A stretch of DNA of 33,923 nt from the NCBI RefSeq assembly GCF_006345805.1, contig NW_021831930.1, positions 1-33,923 on the forward strand. The letters run 5' to 3'. The notes under the pieces were generated by a model. The model made no database searches, was not told the origin of the DNA, and worked only from the letters and a program-made list of their open reading frames with translations. The number at the start of each line of letters is the position of its first letter. The first letter of the stretch is position 1. The position numbers and the translations under genes are program-made. This document shows positions 21,761 to 33,923 of the stretch, one piece after another. Source of the stretch: Octopus sinensis (Eukaryota).

Positions 21761-22000
21761 TTTTGGACCTTAGCAATTCATAAACCCGGGTACCTGGTTT
21801 TCTTGGATCCTAGCAATTCATAAACCCGGGTACCTGGTTTTCTTGGATCCTAGCGATTCATAAACCCGGGTACCTGGTTTTCTTGGATCCTAGCGATTCA
21901 TAAACCCGGGTACCTGGTTTTCTTGGATCCTAGCGAATCATAAACCCGGGTACCTGGTTTTCTTGGATCCTAGCGATTCATAAACCCGGGTACCTGGTTT
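21761..22000. repeat. 40-bp minisatellite, 6 units
   Basis: Unit TCTTGGATCCTAGCGATTCATAAACCCGGGTACCTGGTTT. Units 2-6 differ from the consensus by at most one base. Confidence 0.97.
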
Positions 22001-22293
22001 CCATAACATACGAGTATCCGTGATCACAACGTTTTTCCTTTTTTTTTGCCTCTCACGGGACGCTGGTTCTTTGAAGGGGTCAAAGCCAGCAATATATATA
22101 TATATGCATTTGGTGGAATGATGTGGTACGAAACGATTGTGCCAAATTACCGGAGTCATTCTTGTTGCTTGTTTTGATTATAATCACCCCACAAATTTTT
22201 ATGGATAACACCATACAAAATTCTGGTGCATCTAATTAAGTATCATATTCATTTGAATCTAAATTTTTGCTGAACTTATATATATATATATAA

Positions 22294-22464
22294 GGCGCAG
22301 GAGTGGCTGTGTGGTAAGTAGCTTGCTAACTAACCACATGGTTCCGGGTTCAGTCCCACTGCGTGACATCTTGGGCAAGTGTCTTCTGCTATAGCCCCGA
22401 TCCGACCAAAGCCTTGTGAGTGGATTTGGTAGACGGAAACTGAAAGAAGCCTGTCGTATATATG

Positions 22465-22512
<48 letters not shown>

Positions 22513-22723
22513 TTGTGTGTCTGTATTTGTCCCCCTAGCATTGCTTGACAACCGATGCTGGTGTGTTTACGTCCCCGTCACTTAGCGGTTCGGCAAAAGA
22601 GACCGATAGAATAAGTTCTGGGCTTACAAAAGAATAAGACCCGGGGTCGAGTTGCTCGATTAAAGGCGGTGCTCCAACATGGCCACAGTCAAATGACTGA
22701 AACAAGTAAAAGAGTAAAAGAGT
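22294..22723 (+). mobile_element. tRNA-derived SINE family A, full length
   Basis: ggcgcaggagtggctgtgtggtaag (A-box-like), ggttccgggttcagtccc (B-box-like), core, internal (TA)n(TG)n, 3' module, and an (aaaagagt)2 tail. Confidence 0.9.
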
Positions 22724-23393
22724 ATATGTATGTATATGTATATGCATATATGTATATAAGTGCTATAAGTGTGTGTGTGTGTACTTATATATGTGTGTGT
22801 GTGTGTGTGCTTATATATATGTGTGTGTGTTGTGAGTGTGTGCGTGTGTGTGTGTGCATACACATAACTTTTGTCTTTATTTTCGCCAAACAATACAAGT
22901 TACCTCACCGGCTCTTATTTACTAACACATGCAAACCCTCTAACACAAACACACACACACACATACACACACACACACGCACACGCACACACACACACAC
23001 ACACGCACGCACACACACTCTTCAATGCTGCGCTGCTGTGTGTGGTGTCACTGTTGCACGATGCGTGACACCCGGCCGAGAACCTCGTCTATACCCAAGG
23101 TCTCGTAGACGTCATAAAGACTATGGGTTTTGCCCTTCTCCATTCCCCGTCCATTCGGTGGGGGGGGGGCTCTAATTACTTGTCAGCTGCCCCCCTTTTC
23201 ACCCTACCCCCACGCCCCTCCAGCTACACCTCACCCTGCTCCCGTCATGCTTTCAACGTACCCCTTTTCCACCCGGCCCCCCACCCCCTAATTTTTACTG
23301 TTTCTATTGTCTGTCACTTGGTCACGTAGCTTGATTTTCTACCAAACAATAAGGAGTCTATGAAGGAGTCCACTGCACTGTTGTACACACACG

Positions 23394-23450
<57 letters not shown>

Positions 23451-23629
23451 ACACACGCAGGCACGCACACACACAGATACCCACACGCACAATTCTATGT
23501 ATACAGACACACAAAGCACGTGTGTGTGTGTGAGTGTGTGCACATGTTTATATATATAAATTTTATATATATATACACATATATATATACACATATATAT
23601 ACATACATATATATATATATATACATACA

Positions 23630-23698
<69 letters not shown>

Positions 23699-23753
23699 AT
23701 ACACATATATATATACACATATATATACATACATATATATATATATATACACA

Positions 23754-23794
<41 letters not shown>

Positions 23795-23818
23795 ATACAC
23801 ATATATGTATATACATAC

Positions 23819-23923
<105 letters not shown>

Positions 23924-24519
23924 AACACACACGCGCGCGCAGACACTCCTATACACAAGCACATATGTTTTGTGTGTGTGTGTGTGTGTGTTAGGTGTTG
24001 CTCCGTCTTTATTTCAATCTGAGCGTCGGCCTCTTTAAACTAAAAACACGAGTTCCTTTTGTTGTTATTCAGCTCGGCAATAAATTAAGTCAAACACTGG
24101 AGAACGAAGACAACAACAACAACAACAACAAGAGCAAATGTATTTTAGTCCTTGGAAAGCATTTTTTTGTTTTCTTGTTTCTTTTTAGTCTCTTACATGC
24201 TTTAAATAGCGCATACTACTTCTTCTACTACTACTGCTACTACTACCATATACTATACCATCAGGATTTGTTAATGTGGTGGTGGTGGAGGCGGTGGAGG
24301 TAGAGTGGATCTAGAATAATACAAAACGACTCGACGGTGTCGTTCTTTATGAAGTGAAATCATTACAACTGGTAAAGGAAAATAGGCCAATAATTAACTC
24401 CCGGGTGTATATTATTTATATTTTAGCTTTATAAACGCTTAGTTAAATAACAATAATAGTAAATTGGTTCCGACTTTGACTCAAGGCAAGTAGTTTTTTT
24501 TTTTATTTTTTATTTTATG

Positions 24520-24800
24520 CTCAAAATGAAATTGGCGGGATTTGAACTCAGAACGTAAAGATCCGCAGCCAATACTGCAAGGCGTTTTTTTTTGTTTTCG
24601 ACGCTCTAACGACACTGCCAGGTTGTCGCCTTATTGATTGTTCCTTAATTAGACACAAGGCTTGTACTTCTGAGGAGAGTAGATTAATTGATTAAATGAA
24701 CTCCAATACTTGTCCGGTACTTTATCCTATAGGCCCCCGAAACGCAGAAAGGCAAAGCCGGCTGCGTATGCGGGATTCGAACTCAGAAAGTACAGTGATA
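24520..24800 (-). mobile_element. Two adjacent diverged SINE family C fragments
   Basis: ggcgggatttgaactcagaacgtaaag...ctaacgacactgcca...gtcgcctta (24520-24633) and acacaagg...gcgggattcgaactcagaa (24650-24800). Confidence 0.6.
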
Positions 24801-25015
24801 TCGTCGATCACGTCCGCTTGCATTCATCATATTAAATATGCTTTTGGACATAGTCTTCTGGGAATATATTCTGGCGGAAGTTTATAATAATTTACGTCTC
24901 TCTAGAATGCTGCTGGCGTTTATATTTTGTTACTGCTAAGTTGGAAGAAAGCACAGATCTCATGACGCCCTCAGGCTGAGACGGGGGCCGGGAGGGAACT
25001 TGATGCCGTTTAAAC

Positions 25016-25344
25016 CAAGGGTTTCTCAACCACTTTTTGCCCACGGACCCTATTGATTCCTGCTTTAGTCAGGTAACCCACCATAGCTAATTGATAGTCT
25101 AAAACCGTTTGTATCGATACTTCTTTTAAAATTACTATTGTTTTTCACCCATTCAATAGCATTCTCCGAGGGTCCATGTTTCAGGGACTAGAAATATGTC
25201 GAATTGCGTAAAGAGTTAAGAAACCTAGTTTATTTTTTTCCATAAGTATATCCAAAGCAAATTTTTTTCACTAACCCCTTAGATACTGCCATGGAACCCC
25301 CAAAATTTAAATGGTCACCTATGAACCTCGGTTGAGAACAACTA
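25016..25344. mobile_element. hAT-type MITE (old)
   Basis: Ends caagggtttctcaacc and ggttgagaacaacta resemble CAGGGGTTCTCAACC-type hAT TIRs. Internal ggaccc and gggtcc motifs. The TSD is poorly preserved. Confidence 0.5.
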
Positions 25345-25396
25345 GTATAGGAAATGATTTTTAAAATGGTTACGCAAATGATTTGTTTCCATAGAA

Positions 25397-25476
25397 CAGG
25401 GGGTTCCCAAACTGTTTAGACCATCAACTCCACCCCAGGCATGAACAAGAAAATAAATAAATAAATAATAATAATG

Positions 25477-25527
<51 letters not shown>

Positions 25528-25641
25528 TAATAATAATAATAATAATAATAATAAAGTAGGTTTGCAGTTTCAGGCACTTATCAACTCTGAATAGTCCCAT
25601 CGAAACCCAGGGGTCAGTATCGACCACTTTGGGGACCGCTG
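25397..25641. mobile_element. hAT-type MITE with an internal (AAT)n expansion
   Basis: TIRs cagggggttcccaaact and actttggggaccgctg. The flanking 8-mers ccatagaa and tcatagag match at 6/8, consistent with a decayed 8-bp TSD. Confidence 0.65.
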
Positions 25642-26660
25642 TCATAGAGGTTGAGAAATGAGATTGCACGACAATCATGCTTGTCTTTGATGATGGGGAG
25701 AAGAGGGTGTTGAGGTGGTGGTGGTGCAGGTGGGTAATTGAAATAAAATGGCTGCCGTATAAAGCAACAGAAATAAGGCCGTGTGTTCTGTCAGAATTAG
25801 GAAATTATCGCTGGACAAGATGGCGGAGATAGTAAAGATGGCGAAGAAGGAGAAGACGAAATAGAAAATGAGGAAATAGAAGAGATGTCAGAAGATGGAA
25901 ACAAGAGGAAGAAAGTGAAGAAGAGGTGAAGGAGGAAGAAGAAGAAGACGACAGCGAAGGAAGTTATAAGATATTGAAAGGGGGGGGGGTAAGTTAATAT
26001 GAGGAACCTAGGTGTTAGTTACAACGTCCCTGTCTATCAAAGATCTTACTTCTTCTCACCGTCTCCCCTTAGTTCACTCCTGCCTCTCCTCTAAGCCCCC
26101 TGCCCCGACCCCTTCAATTGATATCTGCCATGGATGTATTTACCCACAACAGTCCCGTTTGATAAAAAGCTGAGAAGTGAAGACCACATTGGTTAGAGTA
26201 AAATATACCACCCACCTTTCGTGTTTCGAGCCTTCTATGGAGCCTCTCCAACCCCATCCCACCCACAATCTTCTCCTCTTCCACCACCACCACCGCCACC
26301 CCGACTGCTATATCTGACAGCGTTGCTGACACCCGTATTGGTTTTCTGGAGCTTTTGGGAAAGACGCCACAAATTCTACGCGATCATTAAGCCAAGTCTC
26401 CGATGAAGACTATCACCAGCCATGATGACGACAACGATGACCACCACCACCACCACCACCACCACCACCACCACCACCACCACCACCAGACCACTACCAC
26501 CACCACCACCACCAAAACCACCATCACCACCACCACTATTGCCATCACAATCAACATCATTACTGAAACTTGCTCCCAATGTTATGTGGACTTTGCACAC
26601 GGTTGTTCGACATACTTAAAACAGCAGCGATTTACCAGTTTATATATATATATATATATC

Positions 26661-26698
<38 letters not shown>

Positions 26699-26971
26699 AT
26701 TTCGGGAGGGTCATTTTTTTTTTGCCAAATAAGCACATGCACTGTATATTCGTTCGTCACTCGTTTATTACACTTCTTATTTTAACTCATGTCCATTGTC
26801 CGGAAATCTTTCGTCACGCATCAGTGATCCCTTCATCGACATTTTTCGTTTTCATGTGTGGTCTTGCTCCACTTATATATATATTTATATATATATATAT
26901 ATATATATGAAGAGAATGCATATATATATATATATGTGTGTGTGGAGGGAGAGAGAGAGAGAGAGAGATAG

Positions 26972-27023
<52 letters not shown>

Positions 27024-27993
27024 ATAAGTGGTGCAAGAGCACAAAAACGCCTTGTAGTATTGAAAGAGACCTCGATATTATGTAAATAGAGGAATTTATC
27101 TGTAAACATTGTATTTGACAATTATTCATGGCCACCGAATAATTGTCACATATTATATTTACCCCCCTCACACACACATATATATATATATATATATCTT
27201 TAGAGAAAGATTTTTTCAAAAAGTTGAGATTAAGAAAAAAAACTTTTTAGAGAGTAGAATGGTACTAATCTTTAAGAAGGAATTCCTCAAATTGTGTTTA
27301 GGCTTTAATAAATGTGCAAGCACTTTCAGTTCTCGACGTTGTCAAGCACGTGTTATGGCTATTGTATATAACGGAAGTTGTTGATTATAAATCAAAGGTC
27401 GGACGAAAAGAACATAACAAGCTGAATCGAACAAAACACAACATGCGGAGAAATAGACGATAACATAAGCGATGACATTACAAACAGCAAACAGGACAGA
27501 AACAAGGCACACGGACCATTCGCGGGAAGTTTCCTCATCGGTCGGTTTCTGGAAAGTCATTACAATTTCACACCCCTTTAATACCAAAGTGCCAGGGACG
27601 TAAGCGAAAAGCATTAAGCTTCTGTATGTATATTTGTAGTATAAATTATGGATTCAGAGACTCGTCTAACCCTGATGTTCTAGTAATCTAGTGAGCTAGC
27701 TTTATTTGAATTAATTTGTGAATATACACCGTAGAATGCCGAACATATGTATTAATATAAACGTGTAAGCATAATTCGTTCCCCACTGAAATTATTACTA
27801 CATGGAGAAGGCTGTGAAACAGCTGTAACCTTAAGGATGTCAAATGCTTAAATAAGTAACATTCATCTCTCAGAACTTTTGATGTTTTATATTTATATCT
27901 ATGAATATATATATTTGTATGTATCGTGGCTATTAATCTGTTGTCACGTGGTCAAAATCATATTTCAATAATCTTTTTTCTTTCCTCTTTCAG

Positions 27994-28119
27994 TCGGCCG
28001 CCCGGAGAGCGGGTACTAGTTGCGCAAATTGTGGTACCACTACCACGACGTTGTGGAGACGGAACCAGAATGGGGATCCTGTCTGTAACGCATGTGGCCT
28101 CTACTTTAAACTTCATAAC
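27994..28119 (+). CDS. GATA3: Internal coding exon: C-terminal zinc finger of a GATA1/2/3 (grain/GATA3-class) transcription factor
   Basis: Translates to [42 protein letters not shown] (C-x2-C-x17-C-x2-C). Polypyrimidine tract and CAG acceptor (tcttttttctttcctctttcag, ending 27993), GTAAGT donor at 28120. The 126-nt phase 0/0 exon has the same boundaries as the C-finger exon of vertebrate GATA2/GATA3. SAARRAGTS and KLHN indicate GATA123 rather than GATA456 (SASRR.GL, KLHG). The symbol is used for the class; the invertebrate gene is co-orthologous to GATA1/2/3. Confidence 0.97.
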
Positions 28120-28128
28120 GTAAGTACC

Positions 28129-28169
<41 letters not shown>

Positions 28170-28189
28170 GTCAGAAAGTGAGGGAGCCT

Positions 28190-28597
28190 CTATTTTGTGG
28201 TTGCTTACTGGAGCACCGCCTTTTAATCGAAAAAATCGAACCCCTCCTCCCGGGACTTATTCTTTGTAAGTCCGGTACTTATTCTATCGGTCTCTTTTAC
28301 CGAACCGGCAAGTGACGGGGACGTAAACACACACCAACATCGTTTGTCAAGTGATGGTGGGGGACAAACACAAACACACAAAGACATACATGCATACATA
28401 CGTAAATACACATGCACACACACATATATATATCCGACAGGCTTCTTTCAGTTTCCTTCTACCAAATCCACTCACAAAGCTTTGGTCCGCCCGAGGCTAT
28501 AGTAGAAGACACTTGCCCAAGGTGCCACGCACTGGGACTGAACCCGGAACCATGTGATTGGAAAGCAAGCTTCTTACCACACAGCCACGCTGCATCT
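28190..28597 (-). mobile_element. tRNA-derived SINE family A, antisense, about 70 bp downstream of the GATA exon donor
   Basis: Reverse complement: gcagcgtggctgtgtggtaagaagcttgc...ggttccgggttcagtccc...gtgagtggatttggtagaaggaaactgaaagaagcctgtcg...ggcggtgctccag. Confidence 0.9.
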
Positions 28598-28637
28598 GTA
28601 GTGTCAACAATATTCACAACTGCTACAATAACAACAT

Positions 28638-28687
<50 letters not shown>

Positions 28688-28750
28688 TATTAATCGCTAC
28701 AAACAGTAGCAGAAGACGGACAAAAAGAAACCTCACTCTCTCTCTCTCTT

Positions 28751-28781
<31 letters not shown>

Positions 28782-29452
28782 TTCTGCCCCTCCCCCTCCC
28801 AAGAACTCCTGTCGTTCTATTGGCAATAATGTTTTTAAAGAGCAGCTAACGATGTTTGTGGTTCCAGTCTGGTGATTGGTCACGCTCCTGATTCTCATGC
28901 TTGGTCTGTGGAGCATTCAGGCAGCAGAAACAGCAAAAAAACAAAACAAAAAAAAACTCGTATTTACAGCAACAGAGATCGTCAATAGCTACAACAACAA
29001 CAACAACAACAACATCTACTACTGCAACCAAAACTACTGCTACAACTACCAATACAAATGGGGTAACAGCAACAGCTACTACTACTACTACTACTACTAC
29101 TGGCTGCTGCTGCTGCTGTTGTTGTTAGACAGTAACGATACCAACTACATGGTAGCCACTGTTGAGTCAAAGTTGGAGTGTCTGTGGTCGCTCAACCTAC
29201 AAGAAACAGCAGCCTCGTGTAATCCTATTGTTTTTTGTTTTTTGATAAAAGAAAATAAAGGTCACATTAGATAACCTCGTTGTCGATATGCAGTATGCAT
29301 ATAAAAGACGAAGAAAAAAGACGTGAGAGCCACGGTTGGAAGAGCTTTGATCATAAATCTGCTTCTTCAGTGTTAACATGTATAAATATATATATGTATA
29401 TCTGTATATATATGTATATGTGTACATATGTGTATATATATGTATATGTGTA

Positions 29453-29494
<42 letters not shown>

Positions 29495-29583
29495 TATATA
29501 TAAACATATATACATGTATGTATATGTGTATATATACATATATACACACATATATATATATATGCATATATGTGTGTGTGTAT

Positions 29584-29885
29584 GAAGGTGCATAGCTTAG
29601 TGGTTATGGTGTTGTACTCACGATTGTGAGTTCGTGGGTTCGATTCCTAGACCGAGCGTTGCATTGTGTTCTTGAGCAAAGCACTTCATTTCAGGTTGCT
29701 CTGCGATCATTTCGACACGTGACGTGTGGCACCCAGTTGCACCTGTCCAGGTGATGTCGATCTGATGGAGAGAGTGAGCTTATGTCTACACAAAACATTT
29801 AATCACTATAAACAAATCATCTGTGTGGTTATTCGGTAAGAAACTGCCGAACCCTCATAGGTCTTCTAACGATGGGAGAGTCCAT
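29584..29885 (+). mobile_element. tRNA-derived SINE family B
   Basis: A-box TAGCTTAGTGG 29593-29603, perfect B-box GGTTCGATTCC 29637-29647, followed by non-tRNA body shared with the 6950 and 2787 copies. Confidence 0.8.
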
Positions 29886-29887
29886 GA

Positions 29888-29946
<59 letters not shown>

Positions 29947-30758
29947 TGTGTGTGTGTGTATACATTGTATTTGTGTATACTAAATGTGTGCGTGCGTTGG
30001 CATATCTGAATGCAATATAAATATTTGTTGTGATGTAGTCGAAATCAATATGACCACCACCACAACTACCACCACCACCACCATGAAGTTCATCATCATA
30101 GATATACGATATCAATCACCCAGTTTTTACCTGTTGTAAAACATAAACTCAGAACGACATTTTTTTTTTTTTCTCTGTTTTTATTTTATTGTTTATATTT
30201 TTGTTTCCCACTCTGAAAACCTTATGGAACCTCGCAGTCATGGAACAAACATTTTACATAAAACTCTTCCTGTAGTGACACCACCATGCTCACCGGAGCC
30301 ACCACAACTGCAACACCACCGTCACCCCAACCCCCACCACAAATACCAGCACAATCGCCAACCCCCACCACAAATACCAGCACCACCACCATCACAAGCA
30401 TCATCATCGCAAACATCAAAATATGCAAACATGGCCGCCATACTTGTTTGGCGTTTTTTTTCTTCTTCTTTCCCCAACCGCTTTTACATTCGTTGTTGGC
30501 TTTTCCGATATAACCTTTCTTTAGTGACCTTTGAAAAACCCTCGAAACTCAAGTGGTTTACCTCACTGCTCAATTATATATCGTCTCTTATCCGCGTCTG
30601 CCTGTGGATGTGTGTGAGACTGTGCGAACGAGTTTGTGTTCATGCTTTTGCCTAACTGGAACACAAAATATTGGTGTGTATATGCACGTGTCTATGTGTG
30701 TGCGTGTGTGTGAATGTATGTATGTATATGTGTATATATATATATAAACTTTATAATA

Positions 30759-30818
<60 letters not shown>

Positions 30819-30899
30819 TATATGCAGGAAGGCAGAAGGCTATCGCTTTTTCAATAACGTATGTGCACTAGAACGCATAAAGGTTTCTGATCATGTGCA

Positions 30900-30942
<43 letters not shown>

Positions 30943-31444
30943 TGTGTGTGTGTGTGTGTGTGTGTGCTTGTGTGTTTGTATATATGCACACGTGCACGCG
31001 CTAAGTTCAATTTCAGTGACATTATATTTATTGCTATTGGCTGCGAGGGAAAAATGTTAGGTTCAAGTTTCAGGCTTGCTGAAATCTCCAAGGCTGCTGG
31101 ATGATGGATCTGTTTAATTCCTCAAAGTCACTCATCCTTTAACTCCCTACACCCCCCGCCAACATATACACAACACACACACACACACACATGCTTCCAG
31201 ATCTTCTAGAAGCATCATAAACATACAGTCACACACACACTGTCGTGATCTCCCTTTAGTTCTGTCGTCCTTCAATCAACCGTTAGCAATCGCTGTTATT
31301 ACATGCAGGTTTCTTCCACTGGCAGCAACGTCCTTTCTATATTGGGAGGTCATGTATGTCATCTCACGTCATATCACGTGACACCTCACTTGGACGTCTG
31401 TCTGCCTGCCTGGCGGCGCGCTCATGTCTTTTTCGTTTGTTCGA

Positions 31445-31450
31445 TATCTA

Positions 31451-31481
<31 letters not shown>

Positions 31482-31781
31482 GCATATGTATGTGTGTATC
31501 TATTTGTCAATATATCTATGGATCTCTCTCTCTCTCTCTCTCTCCTCTCTATCTATCTATCTATCTGTCTGTCTGTCTGTCTCTCTGCATATGTATGTGT
31601 GTATGTATGTATGTATCTATTTGTCAATATATCTATCTGTTTGTCTGTCGGTTTATCTATCTATCTAACTGCCTATCAATCTATCTATCTATCTATCCAT
31701 CTGTCTATCTATCTATCTATCTATCCATCTGTCTATCTATCTATCTATCTATCCCTATCTATCTATCTATCTATCCATCTG

Positions 31782-31861
<80 letters not shown>

Positions 31862-31895
31862 CCTACCTACCTACCTATCCGTCTGTCTGTCTATG
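31445..31895. repeat. (TCTA)n/(TCTG)n tetranucleotide microsatellite, i.e. (GATA)n on the minus strand
   Basis: Dozens of tcta units read directly. Confidence 0.95.
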
Positions 31896-32566
31896 TAGTC
31901 GTCTGCCAATCTGTATATCACGTCAGTGTGATTGGTTATTTGATTGCTGGCGAAGTTTTTAATAGGGGTGGGACCTTATCTGCCAATCTCACCCTCACTC
32001 TCACTTTCTCTCTCTCTCTCTCACTCTCACTCCCTTGGCCTATCTGTCTCTCTGTCTCTCTCTCTCTCTCTCTCTGTCTCCCTCTCCCGGTGCCTGCCGG
32101 ATTCGTTGGTTAGTGTTCATTATGGCTTCACTCCAATCTTTAATATCTGTTTATGTGTCTTGCTCTAATGTCCTCCCGCCTGTCCGCCCGCCTGCCCGCC
32201 TGCCCGCCTGTCTGCCTGTCTGTCCGTGTGGGTGTGTTCTTGCCCACAGCTCACAGATGAGATTACAAACTGATTGATTATATCGGTTCACTTCTCTTTC
32301 ACTCCTACCCTTTTTTTTCCCTCCCCTTCCTTACTCCTTCGTTGTCTTACCTCTCTTTCTCCTCTTCTGCTCACACCACTCCTCATTTTATTCCTCAAAA
32401 CTGTGGAGTGTCGCATTGGGAGTTTCGCTAGGAGAAAGTGAGAAGGAGTGGGGAGGGGGGTTATGTGCTTTGAGGAAGGAAATGTGTGTGCGTGTGTAAC
32501 ATACACATATGTATGAATATGTACATCTTTATCTCTGTGTGTGTATTTGCATACACACACACACAT

Positions 32567-32607
<41 letters not shown>

Positions 32608-32734
32608 AACAGATGTGTATGCAGTTTTCTCTGTACGTACAAAAGTATGGCTCCTCGCTATACTCATCCCTTCTTCGTCACCCCATACATTGCTGCCCCC
32701 TATCATCTCCCAGAAGGAGTCACTATGCGTTAAA

Positions 32735-32915
32735 ACATAGTAGCTAAATTTCCCCTCAGAGGGCACCCAGCCCAGCCTTTAGAGAAGAAGGTTGAAAATA
32801 CTAGTCGCTGTTGTCCTAGATGAATTATGGTCAAATAATAAGACGGGAGGGTCACGGTTGGAGTAACTTTAACCGGTCTGTTGCATGAAGGTTTACTGCA
32901 GATAAACAACGAGAG
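32735..32915 (+). mobile_element. SINE-like repeat family D, highly diverged
   Basis: atagtagctaaatttcccctca...gtcctaga...gacgggagggtcacggttgga...gataaacaac. Confidence 0.45.
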
Positions 32916-33923
32916 TAACATCAACAATCTTCAAACATAACACATGCAATACTAACACCACCATCATCACCATCATCATCATCATCCCAGCACCACCAGC
33001 ACCAGCACCACCATCATCATCATCATCATCATCATCACCATCACCACCAGCACCACCAGCACTACCAGCACCACCACCACCACCATCATCACCATCATCA
33101 TCATCACCATCACCACCACCACACCGCCACAAGCATCCCCCCACCGCCACTGACACTACTCTCGAACCATTACTACTGCTGCCAAACTCTAGGTTTGCCT
33201 ATACCCCTGGTGCACAAGCACCACTACCGATTCTGCTACCAGTACTGCAATCAATGAGGTTATTACGAATTTAAATTACTATCACACGACCCCCACCCCC
33301 CCCCACCCCCAGCACTCTCAGCGCCGCCTTCCCCGCCACTCTTACCTGACATAAACATTGGATCATCAACATCAACATGGCTGCCACAACGACGGCAACA
33401 AACAATAACAATAACAACACTGACGCCATTTCTGTTGTCGCCAAGAGTAACTCTAGAAGTCCTACAACGCCACCACCGTGGCCACCACCACCAACAAAAG
33501 CGTGACGATAACGACAGGGACTTGGACCACGACCACCACCACACCACCACCACACCACGACGACCACGACGACCACCACCATGACCACCACCAGCATCAC
33601 CACCAGCATCACCACCACCACCTCCACCACCACCACCACACCACAACCACCACCACACCACCAGTACCACCACTACCACCACCACCACCACCACAAATAA
33701 AAACAATACCACCATCACAACCACCGACGTAACGACAACGACTGCGAACACACCCACCATTACCACCACCACCACCACGGCAACTACCACTACCAGCACT
33801 ACTACCACCAATACTATCAATGTAACTACCACCACCACCATTATCTGCCTCCACCTCTACCTCATCATCATCATAGTCATCAGCAAATCTTTGTATATGG
33901 AGTGGTTATTGGCTGAATGAAGA

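Larger units (their letters stand above)
28120..33923 (+). other. Probable intron downstream of the C-finger exon (3' end outside the window)
   Basis: Starts at the GTAAGT donor. I did not see the expected next exon (xNRPLTMKKEGIQTRNRK) in the remaining 5.8 kb. Confidence 0.75.

Noticed and set aside
21761-22000. Polylinker-like BamHI/SmaI/KpnI sites suggesting vector contamination
   Set aside because: Site spacing differs from the pUC polylinker, there is no other vector sequence, and the units show natural divergence continuous with the flanks.
27200-27700. Unique segment with 70-90 aa open frames near the exon
   Set aside because: No recognisable protein similarity and no splice signals linking it to the GATA exon.
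29584-29660. Apparent tRNA gene (also heads at 2787, 6950, 22294)
   Set aside because: A and B boxes are present, but I could not see a proper acceptor stem or T-run terminator. Each runs into a shared SINE body.

Overview
This is eukaryotic, microsatellite-saturated genomic DNA. The SINE families look like those of an octopus (coleoid cephalopod); I recognised this by eye and did not search. The only protein-coding sequence I can support is one 126-bp, phase-0/0 exon at 27994-28119 (+). It encodes the C-terminal zinc finger of a GATA1/2/3 (grain/GATA3-class) transcription factor. I found neither the N-finger exon nor the next (NRPLTMKK) exon, so the rest of the window is probably two very large introns of this gene. 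They contain four or more tRNA-derived SINE families, hAT and Tc1/mariner-type MITE remnants, 37-bp and 40-bp minisatellites, and many microsatellites. Nearly all listed ORFs are microsatellite artefacts. The best hidden signal is at 4423-4653: a 75-bp near-perfect inverted repeat in a (TA)n tract, where each arm carries a minimal type I hammerhead ribozyme motif. The layout fits a Penelope-like element remnant. The sense-strand ribozyme would be masked by its own antisense copy in the GATA pre-mRNA. Other leads are inverted SINEs bracketing the in-frame zinc-finger exon, a SINE inside a 34-bp mariner-like TIR palindrome, a candidate 30-nt in-frame inter-finger microexon, and YY1 and TAATTA motif clusters. 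Repeat boundaries are by eye and approximate. No database searches or folding programs were run.
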